20,000 bases of DNA from an uncultured virus (IMG/VR IMGVR_UViG_3300046463_000302). Its lineage: Duplodnaviria > Heunggongvirae > Uroviricota > Caudoviricetes. The number at the start of each line of letters is the position of its first letter. Positions within the stretch are counted from its first letter, which is position 1. Both the position numbers and the translations under genes were made by a program. Shown here one piece after another: positions 1-7,825 of the stretch. The stretch lies in IMG/VR virus record IMGVR_UViG_3300046463_000302; one strand, given 5' to 3'. The notes under the pieces are model-generated. The model ran no database searches and was not told where the DNA came from. It saw only the letters and a program-made list of their open reading frames with translations.

Positions 1-1
1 T

Positions 2-373
2 GCCGCGCACCATCGGAAGGTATTGAACAGTCGGTACCCAAATGTCCCGATTGCCGTCCTTCTGCTTCGTGTCGTAGACGTTCAGCACTGCCTCACGCCC
101 ATCGGGCAGCAGGCCATCTGTGGCCGCGCGAAGGCATGCGGTGTAGAGACTCGCGCGGTCCGCGTTCAGCAGCTTGTCCGCGTCGCGCGCGATTGCCGTC
201 ATTACGATGCCGATGAACTTGTCGACGCTGATTCCCTCGGGAAGCATCGCGGCCAACTGGTCGCCGCGCTTCTTCTTCAGAAAGTCGCCGATCTTGGCGG
301 ATTCGGCGCGGATCCATTGCGCCTCAGTGAGCGGCAGTGGTTCGGCCGCCGGCTGCTGGGTCTGTTCAGTCAT
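2..373 (-). CDS. recT: RecT-family single-strand annealing recombinase (N-terminal part; runs off window start)
   Basis: Not in the ORF track. Manual translation from ATG at 373 gives MTEQTQQP...MLPEGISVDKFIGIVMTAI...LLNADRASLYTACLRAATDGLLPDGREAVLNVY...VQYLPMVRG, which has typical RecT motifs. Lies downstream of the YqaJ exonuclease. Confidence 0.9.
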   Translation of the reverse strand, partial: MTEQTQQPAAEPLPLTEAQWIRAESAKIGDFLKKKRGDQLAAMLPEGISVDKFIGIVMTAIARDADKLLNADRASLYTACLRAATDGLLPDGREAVLNVYDTKQKDGNRDIWVPTVQYLPMVRG

Positions 374-392
374 GGTCAATCCCTTACTTTAC

Positions 393-423
393 GGTGCGGT
401 ACAGTGCGATACAGTGCCGCACT
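393..423 (-). repeat. GCAC-periodic leader element, copy 1 (upstream of recT)
   Basis: Minus strand reads AGTGCGGCACTGTATCGCACTGTACCGCACC, 29/31 identical to 5563-5593. Confidence 0.85.
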
Positions 424-450
424 AGCGGTTAGCAATTGAATCGCGAGAGC

Positions 451-1440
451 CTATGCGGCCTCGGTAATCCGGATATTGCGAAACGGCTCAACGGTCGCTT
501 CGATGTGGGTCGCAGGAATCTTGGTGAGCGTGATCGTTACGCGCTCGCTGGCCGCGCGATCGTGCGAGCGATACGAAACCTTGTTCGTGCCGGCGCTGAT
601 CTTGAAGCCGTCGGCGGCGATGGACTTGGCGCTCTCGATGATGGTGAGGATCTCGGCTTTAGCCGCGTCCTTGGCGACGGCCGCTTCCTTGGCCCTTACG
701 CCCGCTTCCTTGTACGTGCGGCACAGTTCAGCCAGGCGCGGGTTATCCGACAGGTCGATGGTCGAGCCGTCATTGTCGCGATAGAGGCGAGCGAGCGTGT
801 CAGCGTCTTTGCTGAAGTTGGGGGCAGGGGCGTTGCCGGTATCGACACGCTTCCAGAATTGCGCGACCTTCTCGCGGATCAATGCGCCGATCTCGCGGTC
901 GCGCTGGCGGGCGATGACCTTGGGAGTGTTCCCGCCGACGAGTGCCACGATAAGACACCATTCGATATCGGCGACTTCCATCTGGTGCTGCACCTGAAAT
1001 TCAATGTGCGGCGGCGCTTCGTCGTCGGCATCGTCGCCGCCTTCGATCCATGCGCGCCTGAACTGCAGGCCATCAACGTTCTTGATTTCCATCAGGCCGC
1101 GCGTCGTGCCGGCGCCCTCAAGAATAATGAAGTCGAACGACGAGCCCATGCGCAACTCAGGGATGCGCATGTAGTTTTTGAACGGCTGCACTTCAAGCCC
1201 GCGGTCCTCTGCGACGCCTTGTGCAATGACAGCCTCGAGGCGCTTGCCCCATTTGATACGGTCAGTCTCTACGAAGTCCTCAGCGAGACGGCCGGTTTTC
1301 TTCAGGTACAACTCATATTCAGTCAGGTACGGCGAGCAATCGAACAGGGCCGATACTTCCGTCGACGTGAGATCCTGCGCACGCATAGCAAGCCACGCGG
1401 CTTCGTTTTCCGGTACCAGAGTTTCTCGAAGCAATTGCAT
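451..1440 (-). CDS. YqaJ-like viral recombinase / lambda-exonuclease family nuclease
   Basis: WLAMRAQDLTSTEVSALFDCSPYLTEYELYLKKTG, WGKRLE, SSFDF, LMEIKN and FQVQHQM match YqaJ family motifs. Adjacent to recT. Confidence 0.92.
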   Translation of the reverse strand: MQLLRETLVPENEAAWLAMRAQDLTSTEVSALFDCSPYLTEYELYLKKTGRLAEDFVETDRIKWGKRLEAVIAQGVAEDRGLEVQPFKNYMRIPELRMGSSFDFIILEGAGTTRGLMEIKNVDGLQFRRAWIEGGDDADDEAPPHIEFQVQHQMEVADIEWCLIVALVGGNTPKVIARQRDREIGALIREKVAQFWKRVDTGNAPAPNFSKDADTLARLYRDNDGSTIDLSDNPRLAELCRTYKEAGVRAKEAAVAKDAAKAEILTIIESAKSIAADGFKISAGTNKVSYRSHDRAASERVTITLTKIPATHIEATVEPFRNIRITEAA

Positions 1441-1482
1441 TTTGCATCCCCTAGAAAGAGTCGCACATGCGACCTTGATATG

Positions 1483-1515
1483 ATTCTAGGACCAGCGTTC
1501 TTACAATGCAACCAC
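1483..1515 (-). promoter_or_regulatory. Leftward sigma70-type promoter for exo-recT with overlapping 21-bp operator
   Basis: Minus strand TTGCAT (1511-1506)-N17-TAGAAT (1488-1483). Operator GCGTTC-ttacaatgc-AACCAC at 1495-1515. Confidence 0.7.
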
Positions 1516-1590
1516 TTTTTCGGGAAAACGGTCTTACTTTCTAAAATACGACTTAAGCAGGGGTGCGCCGTTCCGGAATTGCGAACAGCC

Positions 1591-2178
1591 TTAGTTTTTC
1601 GTCGCGATGATCGGCGTAGCCCACTCGATGCGCACGTTCTCTGCGCTGTAAGGCCCGGAGAGATTGACAGTGCCTTCCTCATATCCGCGCTTGATCGTTG
1701 CCAGGACTGCCGGGCCGTCCTTGATCTTGAGAAAGCAGAAGCGCCCCAGGCTATCGCCATGTACGCCCGACGGCTTGGAGCAAAAGAGAATCCAACCATC
1801 CATCCATGCAAGGGCCGACTCGGACGTTCGGCATTGAATGGCTATCGCATCTTCTGGCAATTCCGGGACGCCAACTGAGGGAGCCTGAGTTTCATCTATA
1901 TGGCTCACGGTCCCGTCTCCGATCGCCGCGCCCACGACAGTAAGCCTTGCTCCGGACACCGGGCCTACTGGCACACCGGATGCCTCAATGATTCTGGTCA
2001 ATGGTTCTCCGAAGATCTCGGAAAGCGTTACCGCCTCTTCCAACTGCATGCGTCTTTTGCCGCTGAACGTGACTGATAGCTGAGAGTGCGACATGCCCAT
2101 GCGGTCCGCCAATGCCCTCATGGAAATGCGTTTGTTAGCAAGAAGATTCTCGAAATAGCTCTTGTTGATCTCAGACAT
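1591..2178 (-). CDS. CI-like phage repressor (XRE HTH plus degenerate S24-like C-terminal domain)
   Basis: N-terminal HTH ISMRALADRMGMSHSQLSVTFSGKRRMQLEEAVTLSEIFG. Divergent from a Cro-like gene. Start placed at ATG 2178 (MSEINK) rather than 2208. Confidence 0.8.
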   Translation of the reverse strand: MSEINKSYFENLLANKRISMRALADRMGMSHSQLSVTFSGKRRMQLEEAVTLSEIFGEPLTRIIEASGVPVGPVSGARLTVVGAAIGDGTVSHIDETQAPSVGVPELPEDAIAIQCRTSESALAWMDGWILFCSKPSGVHGDSLGRFCFLKIKDGPAVLATIKRGYEEGTVNLSGPYSAENVRIEWATPIIATKN

Positions 2179-2220
2179 ATCGAATTCCCGTTGTTTGCGC
2201 GGTAGCACCGCTTCTTCTTA

Positions 2221-2283
2221 GTGTTTGTAAAATAGAACCGAACTTTTGTAATACTTGACGGAGTGGTAACAAAACAGTACCAT
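2221..2283 (+). promoter_or_regulatory. Rightward promoter and tandem operators (OR-like switch region)
   Basis: TTGACG (2255-2260)-N17-TACCAT (2278-2283). 21-mers GTGTTT-N9-AACCGA (2221-2241) and GTGGTA-N9-TACCAT (2263-2283), separated by exactly 21 nt. Confidence 0.75.
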
Positions 2284-2318
2284 CAAGACGTCAATCTCAT
2301 TGGCATGATACCTATCAA

Positions 2319-2669
2319 ATGAGCATTTTTACAGAAAAAGATATCGATGGTACGTACGCACGCGAACTTAGGAAGCGCTTAGGACAGACTCAGCCCGAAT
2401 TTTGGGGTGCGGTCGGCTTAACGCAATCCGGCGGGTGCCGATACGAAAAGGGCGGTCCGATTCCTCGACCGTATCGCATTCTGATATTTCTCGTCCACAT
2501 TGCCGGTCTGACTATCGACGTCACGACGCGGGAGGGAGCCGTCGCGACGATCGCGCTTGCGGAACTCCAGAAGGATCACATCAAGGCCGCGAAGCTCGGC
2601 GAACAGATTGCCCGAGTCGGTCGGGCAGAGCAGGCAATTAACGCCGCACGCGCGGCGCTCGACGCTTAA
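2319..2669 (+). CDS. Cro-like XRE-family HTH regulator
   Basis: ARELRKRLGQTQPEFWGAVGLTQSGGCRYEKGGPIP is an XRE HTH. First gene of the rightward operon. Confidence 0.85.
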   Translation: MSIFTEKDIDGTYARELRKRLGQTQPEFWGAVGLTQSGGCRYEKGGPIPRPYRILIFLVHIAGLTIDVTTREGAVATIALAELQKDHIKAAKLGEQIARVGRAEQAINAARAALDA

Positions 2670-2671
2670 CT

Positions 2672-2696
2672 AAGGCCGCCAGCGGGGCGGCTTTTT
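2672..2696 (+). terminator. Intrinsic terminator after cro-like gene
   Basis: AAGGCCGCC-agcgg-GGCGGCTTT stem followed by a T-run. Confidence 0.7.
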
Positions 2697-2736
2697 CAAT
2701 AGGTGCGGCACCGCACCAAACTAAAAAGGTAAGGCA

Positions 2737-3249
2737 ATGATCTTGATGGGACTGGCCCGCTTGGGTCGTGATGTTGAAGTGCGCCATTTACCGGACGGCA
2801 CGGCTGTCGCGAATCTCGCACTTGCATATAACTGGGGTGCCAAGGACGGCGATGGGCGTCGCGCTTCTCAGTGGGTGGAGGGTGTCTTGTGGGGCGAGCG
2901 CGCCGAATCTCTCGCGCCGTATCTGCTGAAGGGCCAGCAGCTTGAGGTAATGCTTGAGGACGTCCGTGTAGAGACGTACGACCGCAACGACAACACGCAA
3001 GGCACGAAGATGGTCGGTCGTGTGCTGCGGCTGGAATTCGGCGCGCGCCCGCAAGGCGACGGCGGCCAGCAGCAACAGCAGCGCGGCGGCCAGCAACGCC
3101 AGCAAACCGGAGGCGGGCAGCAGCGCCAGCAGTCTACGCAGCAGCAGTATTCGCAACAGTCGCGCGGCGGTAGCGGTGGCGGCGGACGCCCGGCACGCCC
3201 GCCAAGCGGCGGCGGCTTCGACGAAATGGATGATGACATTCCGTTTTAG
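2737..3249 (+). CDS. ssb: Single-stranded DNA-binding protein
   Basis: OB-fold motifs (RLGRDVEVR...GTAVANLALAYN...WGERAESLAPYLLKGQQ), a G/Q-rich linker and the C-terminal DDDIPF tail. Confidence 0.97.
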   Translation: MILMGLARLGRDVEVRHLPDGTAVANLALAYNWGAKDGDGRRASQWVEGVLWGERAESLAPYLLKGQQLEVMLEDVRVETYDRNDNTQGTKMVGRVLRLEFGARPQGDGGQQQQQRGGQQRQQTGGGQQRQQSTQQQYSQQSRGGSGGGGRPARPPSGGGFDEMDDDIPF

Positions 3250-3266
3250 ACCGGCAGGAGTACTAA

Positions 3267-3509
3267 ATGATAGAGCGCGAACAGATGGACACGCACGGCG
3301 ATCCTGCTGACGTCGGCAACGAGCGCGCAGCAGCGAATCTTGAGGCGTCCATCGCCGCGGTGCGCGCTGCAGCCGGGCAGCGCATGCAACCCAACGGCTT
3401 CTGCCGCAACTGTGAAGATCCCGTCGACATGCCGCTACTGTTTTGCTGTAGCGAATGCACATGGGATTTTGAACAACGCCAACGAGCAAAGGCGCGAAAT
3501 GGACAGTAA
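3267..3509 (+). CDS. TraR/DksA-like C4 zinc-finger phage protein
   Basis: DPAD acidic motif, a helix, then CRNC...FCCSEC..D. GGAG RBS upstream. Confidence 0.65.
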   Translation: MIEREQMDTHGDPADVGNERAAANLEASIAAVRAAAGQRMQPNGFCRNCEDPVDMPLLFCCSECTWDFEQRQRAKARNGQ

Positions 3510-3945
3510 TCCCGCCGTTCTGATCGGCACATTCGTACGCCTGCAAACCCTCGCGGACGGTACGCCGCGCATCGTGTTCGACGTGGACTGCACCCTCGCG
3601 AAGCTGGCGGAGTTGGGGCTAAAGCCGGGCTCACCTGTCGCGCTCGCACGCATCACGCAGGAAGCAGCGCAGGCGCAGGCCCGCGCCGCGACGGTCGAGA
3701 ACGCCGGGTTCGGAAAGCACTACGCCTGCCTCTACAAGTCGGGTTGGTTCCATAACCCGCGCGTCGTGGCGGCGTTCCATATCAGCGACGCGAAGCCCGA
3801 GGAACGCGCCAATGCGATCAAGCGTCATGTCTACGACGCGTTCGGCGTGTCCAGTCTTTCCGACGTGCCGCCGGCCGATTTTGCGGAAGTCTGCGCAGGG
3901 CTCGGCATTCGCCAAACTATTCCCCAGGCGTTCTATGCTGCGTAA
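3499..3945 (+). CDS. Hypothetical phage protein
   Basis: ATG at 3499 (MDSNPAVLIG) overlaps the previous gene end. Tight operon packing. Confidence 0.7.
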   Translation: MDSNPAVLIGTFVRLQTLADGTPRIVFDVDCTLAKLAELGLKPGSPVALARITQEAAQAQARAATVENAGFGKHYACLYKSGWFHNPRVVAAFHISDAKPEERANAIKRHVYDAFGVSSLSDVPPADFAEVCAGLGIRQTIPQAFYAA

Positions 3946-4429
3946 GACTCCGATGAAGCCGTCGAGCAAGCCGCTCGCGCGCACGCCGTTCAAGGCCAAG
4001 CCGAAAGCGCTGCGCACGGTGGCGCCGCTCGAGGCTGGCTCGCCGGCCGGAAAAATCACGACGTACGGCGGCAGCACGATCAAGCGCCGCACGCCGAAGA
4101 AGCGCCCCGGCCACGATAAGAAGATGCTCGACGCGTGCCGTGGCCAGCGCTGCTATCTGGCGATCCCCGGCATTTGTTGCGGGCGCATAGAGACGGTCGT
4201 GCCGGCGCACTCGAATGAGGGTGCGCTGGGGAAGGGCATGGGCCAGAAGGCACGCGACGAGTTCACCGTGCCGGGCTGCTACTTCTGTCACTACGCGATC
4301 GACCAGGGCGGCATGTTCAGCTACGAAGAGAAGAAGCACTTCTGGCGATCGGCCTACCGCGAGTGGGCGCCAGATCGTGAGAACCTTTTCGGCTTGCCCT
4401 ACACGCCCTATACGGAGTTGCCAGTATGA
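3935..4429 (+). CDS. DUF1364 (YbcO-like) putative Zn-binding nuclease
   Basis: LDACRGQRCYLAIPGICC...TVVPAHSN...GKGMGQKARD...PGCYFCHYAID, with a basic N-terminus. Confidence 0.8.
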   Translation: MLRKTPMKPSSKPLARTPFKAKPKALRTVAPLEAGSPAGKITTYGGSTIKRRTPKKRPGHDKKMLDACRGQRCYLAIPGICCGRIETVVPAHSNEGALGKGMGQKARDEFTVPGCYFCHYAIDQGGMFSYEEKKHFWRSAYREWAPDRENLFGLPYTPYTELPV

Positions 4430-4725
4430 GCACAAGGATTGCAGCAGAACTGAAGCCGTGGGGCCGCCAGATCGACCTGTATTTTGGTAGGCATGAGGGC
4501 GAGACGTTCAAGGCTGCGCAGCCGGTTCAGTTCATCGCGCAGCGTGAAGATCAGCAGGTAGAGCCGTTCATGTCGCTGCACGTCGGCGTCGCGCAAGAAC
4601 TGATGGATGAACTTTGGCGCTGTGGGCTGCGCCCGTCGGAAGGATCGGGCAGCGCTGGCGCGCTCGCCGCGACGGAGCGCCACCTTGACGACATGCGCCG
4701 CCTGGTATTCAAGGGAAAGCCGTGA
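4426..4725 (+). CDS. Conserved hypothetical phage protein
   Basis: ATGA overlap with the upstream stop. Contains AQELMDELWRCGLRPSEG...HLDDMRRLVF. Confidence 0.75.
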   Translation: MSTRIAAELKPWGRQIDLYFGRHEGETFKAAQPVQFIAQREDQQVEPFMSLHVGVAQELMDELWRCGLRPSEGSGSAGALAATERHLDDMRRLVFKGKP

Positions 4726-5171
4726 GCGAGATCCTACGCTCGCGCACCGGGCGCCGCGTGCCTGCGCGCGGCCCGCGCAAGACCAAGAAGCCGCCCACGC
4801 AACATGAGTTCCTCGAGCAATCCGCGCTATTCACCTGGGCACGTATGCCGTGCATCGTGGCGCAGTATCCGGCGCTCGATCTTCTGTCCGCATCGCTTAA
4901 CGGCGTGAAGCTGTCGAAAGCGCAGGCGGGCAAAGCGTACGCAGCTGGGATGCTGTCCGGAGAGCACGACGTCAAGCTACCTGTTGCGCGCGGGCGTTAT
5001 GTCGGGCTCTCGATAGAAATGAAAGCTGGCGATGGGCGCCCGACCGACAAACAACTGTGGTACGGCGGCCGACTTGAAGAGGAAGGATGGTGCGTTCGCT
5101 ACTGCTGGTCATGGACCGAGGCGCGGGACGAAATCATCGGTTATCTAAGCCTTCAGAGTGGTCGCGTTTAG
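4722..5171 (+). CDS. VRR-NUC domain nuclease (putative Holliday junction resolvase)
   Basis: EFLEQ...AGMLSGEHD...GLSIEMKAGDGRPTDKQ..Y...L...GW is a PD-(D/E)xK VRR-NUC pattern. Confidence 0.85.
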   Translation: MSEILRSRTGRRVPARGPRKTKKPPTQHEFLEQSALFTWARMPCIVAQYPALDLLSASLNGVKLSKAQAGKAYAAGMLSGEHDVKLPVARGRYVGLSIEMKAGDGRPTDKQLWYGGRLEEEGWCVRYCWSWTEARDEIIGYLSLQSGRV

Positions 5172-5319
5172 TTACCGGTAGAAAGGTAATTAAAACATTC
5201 TATCGGCATGATTCAGGCAATTGTGGCGCGAATAGAAGGCTTTTTACCCTCTAAATCAGCGAATTGCGCACTGCCTACCACAAAACGGCGAACTTTTGCG
5301 ATGGAAAATATTTTGGTCT

Positions 5320-5371
5320 GCGGTAAAGATTACGTAACAAAACGTTAGCAACGGTAATACAATCGCAACAC
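5320..5371. promoter_or_regulatory. Two operator-like 21-mers in an AT-rich intergenic region
   Basis: GCGGTA-aagattacg-TAACAA (5320-5340) and ACGGTA-atacaatcg-CAACAC (5351-5371). Confidence 0.5.
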
Positions 5372-5400
5372 CGTTTTACAAGCGTCGTACGGTTTCAGTC

Positions 5401-5442
5401 GAAGGTGCTTACAAGGTTTGCGCTCGCCTTGATGCACTTTTT
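5401..5442 (+). terminator. Bulged hairpin with T-tract (terminator or sRNA 3' end)
   Basis: AAGGTGC/GCACTTT and CAAGG/CCTTG stems ending in TTTTT. Confidence 0.45.
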
Positions 5443-5562
5443 GCCCCACACAGAGCGTTCCAAGCGAGTTACAGAATGAGACACATCAAAAGCCATTCCG
5501 CTGCGTCGGCAGACGCAAGTGGGGGCGCAAGCAATTTTCTGGCGGGTTCGCAACAGTCCAAG

Positions 5563-5593
5563 AGTGCCGCACTGTATCGCACTGTCCCGCACC
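5563..5593 (+). repeat. GCAC-periodic leader element, copy 2
   Basis: AGTGCCGCACTGTATCGCACTGTCCCGCACC, 29/31 identical to the reverse complement of 393-423. Confidence 0.85.
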
Positions 5594-5610
5594 AATCGGA
5601 GCGTGCATAA

Positions 5611-6012
5611 ATGAGCCTTGGATTCGTGTACGTGTTAGGCAACATCGCCATGCCCGGCGTGTTCAACATTGGCAAGACGGCGGGCTCGCCGACGGCATGC
5701 GCCCGCGAACTGTCGCAGTCTGCCGCAGCTGCGCTCCCGTTCGAAGTGCTGTGCTTTGGTGAGGTTGAGGATATCGACCTTGTCGAGCAAGACATTCTGG
5801 AGCGCTATGGGCATCGCCGACTGAGCGCGTCGCGCCCGTTCGTTGCGGAGCGCTTCAGTGTGCTGGCGTCCGCTGTCGATATGGCGTCGATGCATTTCCA
5901 CATGACCGAGGCCGGCGAATCGACGCGATCCGATGAATCGATGGCGCCCGACGCGGCAGCGCAGCGCACGCTGTTGCTTACGCAAGGGGAGGCGGCATGG
6001 CCCGCTCACTGA
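5611..6012 (+). CDS. T5orf172/GIY-YIG-like domain protein (degenerate)
   Basis: GFVYVLGNIAMPGVFNIGKTAGSPTACARELS...PFEV resembles the T5orf172 N-terminus. Confidence 0.7.
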   Translation: MSLGFVYVLGNIAMPGVFNIGKTAGSPTACARELSQSAAAALPFEVLCFGEVEDIDLVEQDILERYGHRRLSASRPFVAERFSVLASAVDMASMHFHMTEAGESTRSDESMAPDAAAQRTLLLTQGEAAWPAH

Positions 6013-6335
6013 AACACACCGTGGCCGAGATCATGCCGTTTTTCAAGCGCGAACCGCTGACCGTGGCCGAACTGTATCGCCGCGCGATGCTGACCGAGTC
6101 GACGGCGCGCCGGCTGATAACTAAGGCGCTTGATGACGGCTTGCTCGAGCGCACCGAGGGCAACAAGTACATGATTCCGGAGCCGCCGAAGCCCGGCGAG
6201 TTGCCGCGCCGCTTCGCGCCGGCCGACGTCGCGCAAATTCCGCCAGATAGCGGCCTGCTGCGCATGCGCGAGATCGCCAAGCATGGCCCTGTGAATCCGT
6301 ATATCCAGCTTGCGTGGGCAGCGGAGGCACGATGA
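5997..6335 (+). CDS. Putative winged-HTH DNA-binding protein
   Basis: PLTVAELYRRAMLTESTARRLITKALDDGLLER...KY. GGAGG RBS upstream. Confidence 0.65.
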   Translation: MARSLKHTVAEIMPFFKREPLTVAELYRRAMLTESTARRLITKALDDGLLERTEGNKYMIPEPPKPGELPRRFAPADVAQIPPDSGLLRMREIAKHGPVNPYIQLAWAAEAR

Positions 6336-7825
6336 ACTACGGTTCCGTGTGCAGCGGCATCGAAGCCGCGACCGTGGCATGGGATGAACTCGATTGGAAT
6401 GCGGCATGGTTCGCGGAGATCGACAAATTCCCTTCCGCCGTGCTGAAGCACCACTATCCGAACGTGCCGAACATCGGCGACATGACGAAGATCGCACGCG
6501 CCATTCTGGTCGGCGACGTCGCGGCGCCCGATGTGCTGGTCGGCGGCACGCCCTGCCAGGCGTACAGCGTCGCGGGCCTGCGTGAAGGGCTCGCCGACGA
6601 GCGCGGCCAGTTGACTATCTCTTACGTGAGGTTGTTCGATGCAATTGACTATATTCGAGAGCGACGCGGAGAGCCCGCAGCCGTCGCGCTGTGGGAAAAC
6701 GTCCCTGGCGTGCTCTCTTCCAAAGACAATGCCTTCGGTTGCTTTCTTGCAGGACTTGCCGGGGAAGGCCGTGAGCTGGAGCCTCCAAGGGACGCCAAAG
6801 GGAAAGCGAAAAGTTGGCCGAACGCTGGTTGTGTTTTTGGACCCACGCGCACAATCGCTTGGCGCGTCCTCGATGCCCAATATTTCGGAGTGGCCCAACG
6901 ACGCCGCCGTGTGTTCGTTGTCGCAAGTGCTCGAAAAGACTTCAATCCCGTCGACGTACTTTTTGAGTCCGACGGCGTGCGCCGGGATACTGCGCCGCGC
7001 CGAGAAGCGCGGGAAGAAGTTGCCGGAACCCTTGCGGCAAGCCTTGGACGCCGTCGCGGAGCGCCTGCCGGCGGCGACGATTCAGGACACTTGCAACCCG
7101 TCGCCAGCACCGGAGACGTGTCCCACTGCCTGAACGCTGGCGGCATGGGCCGGCAGGACTATGAGACGGAAACGCTGATCGCTCAGCCGGCGTATGCAAT
7201 TCAGGCCGGCGCACTGCGCACGAACCCGAATAGCGGACCGGACGGTGTAGGCGTACAGGAGGGCGTCGCATACACGATGGAAGCGCGAGCCGAAGTGCAG
7301 GCCGTCTGTGTCACTGGCGAAATCACGCACACGCTGAAGGCCGAAGGGTTCGATGCCAGCGAGAATGGAACAGGGCGAGGCCAGCCGATCGTCGCGGCGT
7401 TCGATTCGCAGCAGATCACCAGTCCACACAACGGAGCTCGCGTCGATCACGATGCGCCAGCACCTACGATGGCAAAAGAGAGCCGCATGCATGCCGTCAC
7501 CGGAATGGCCGTTCGCCGCCTGACGCCGCGCGAATGTGAACGCCTGCAGGGCTTCCCCGACGACTACACCCTGATTCCGTATGGCCGCGCTATCCGCCCG
7601 GAAAAGCTCGACGAGGACTGGATCAAGTATCTGATGCGCGGCGGCGTAATGACGCGCGAGGAATGCGCGAGGGCGGCAGCTGACGGACCAAGGTATAAAA
7701 GTTTGGGTAACTCGATGGCCGTGCCGTGCATGCGCTGGCTTGGGAAGCGGCTAGATCGCGAGTTGAAGCGCGCTACTACTCGGGAATGGATCGCACGCGA
7801 GAAGCGTGGCATTCGTGCGTCCTGA
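6332..7825 (+). CDS. DNA (cytosine-5) methyltransferase
   Basis: Motif I SVCSGIEA, IV GGTPCQAYS, VI WENVPG, VIII AQRRRRVFVV, IX RRLTPRECERLQGFPD and X RYKSLGNSMAVP. ATG 6332 overlaps the upstream stop. Confidence 0.96.
   Translation: MNYGSVCSGIEAATVAWDELDWNAAWFAEIDKFPSAVLKHHYPNVPNIGDMTKIARAILVGDVAAPDVLVGGTPCQAYSVAGLREGLADERGQLTISYVRLFDAIDYIRERRGEPAAVALWENVPGVLSSKDNAFGCFLAGLAGEGRELEPPRDAKGKAKSWPNAGCVFGPTRTIAWRVLDAQYFGVAQRRRRVFVVASARKDFNPVDVLFESDGVRRDTAPRREAREEVAGTLAASLGRRRGAPAGGDDSGHLQPVASTGDVSHCLNAGGMGRQDYETETLIAQPAYAIQAGALRTNPNSGPDGVGVQEGVAYTMEARAEVQAVCVTGEITHTLKAEGFDASENGTGRGQPIVAAFDSQQITSPHNGARVDHDAPAPTMAKESRMHAVTGMAVRRLTPRECERLQGFPDDYTLIPYGRAIRPEKLDEDWIKYLMRGGVMTREECARAAADGPRYKSLGNSMAVPCMRWLGKRLDRELKRATTREWIAREKRGIRAS
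6639..7133 (+). CDS. Overprinted +1-frame ORF inside the methyltransferase (putative second MTase-associated polypeptide)
   Basis: 164 aa. GAGG at 6628-6631 lies 7 nt before the ATG. C-terminal SLSQVLE..IPSTYFLSPTACAGILRRAEKRGKKLPEPLRQAL is a protein-like motif I recall from ORFs overlapping C5-MTases. Confidence 0.65.
   Translation: MQLTIFESDAESPQPSRCGKTSLACSLPKTMPSVAFLQDLPGKAVSWSLQGTPKGKRKVGRTLVVFLDPRAQSLGASSMPNISEWPNDAAVCSLSQVLEKTSIPSTYFLSPTACAGILRRAEKRGKKLPEPLRQALDAVAERLPAATIQDTCNPSPAPETCPTA

Noticed and set aside
393..423. GCAC-periodic repeats as a CRISPR or mini-array
   Set aside because: Copies are dispersed singly with no repeat-spacer alternation, and there are no cas genes.
436..1878. 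480-aa plus-strand ORF
   Set aside because: Antisense shadow of the exonuclease and repressor genes in GC-rich DNA. No RBS or recognisable motif.
3055..3215. CAG/GGC-rich repeats
   Set aside because: They encode the ordinary G/Q-rich disordered SSB linker. Not a CRISPR array or a separate element.
5172..5610. Possible tRNA in the long intergenic region
   Set aside because: No cloverleaf, T-loop (GTTCRA) or acceptor stem could be found by eye. tRNAscan-SE would settle it.
5978..6898. 306-aa minus-strand ORF
   Set aside because: Antisense to the well-supported wHTH and MTase genes. No independent signals.
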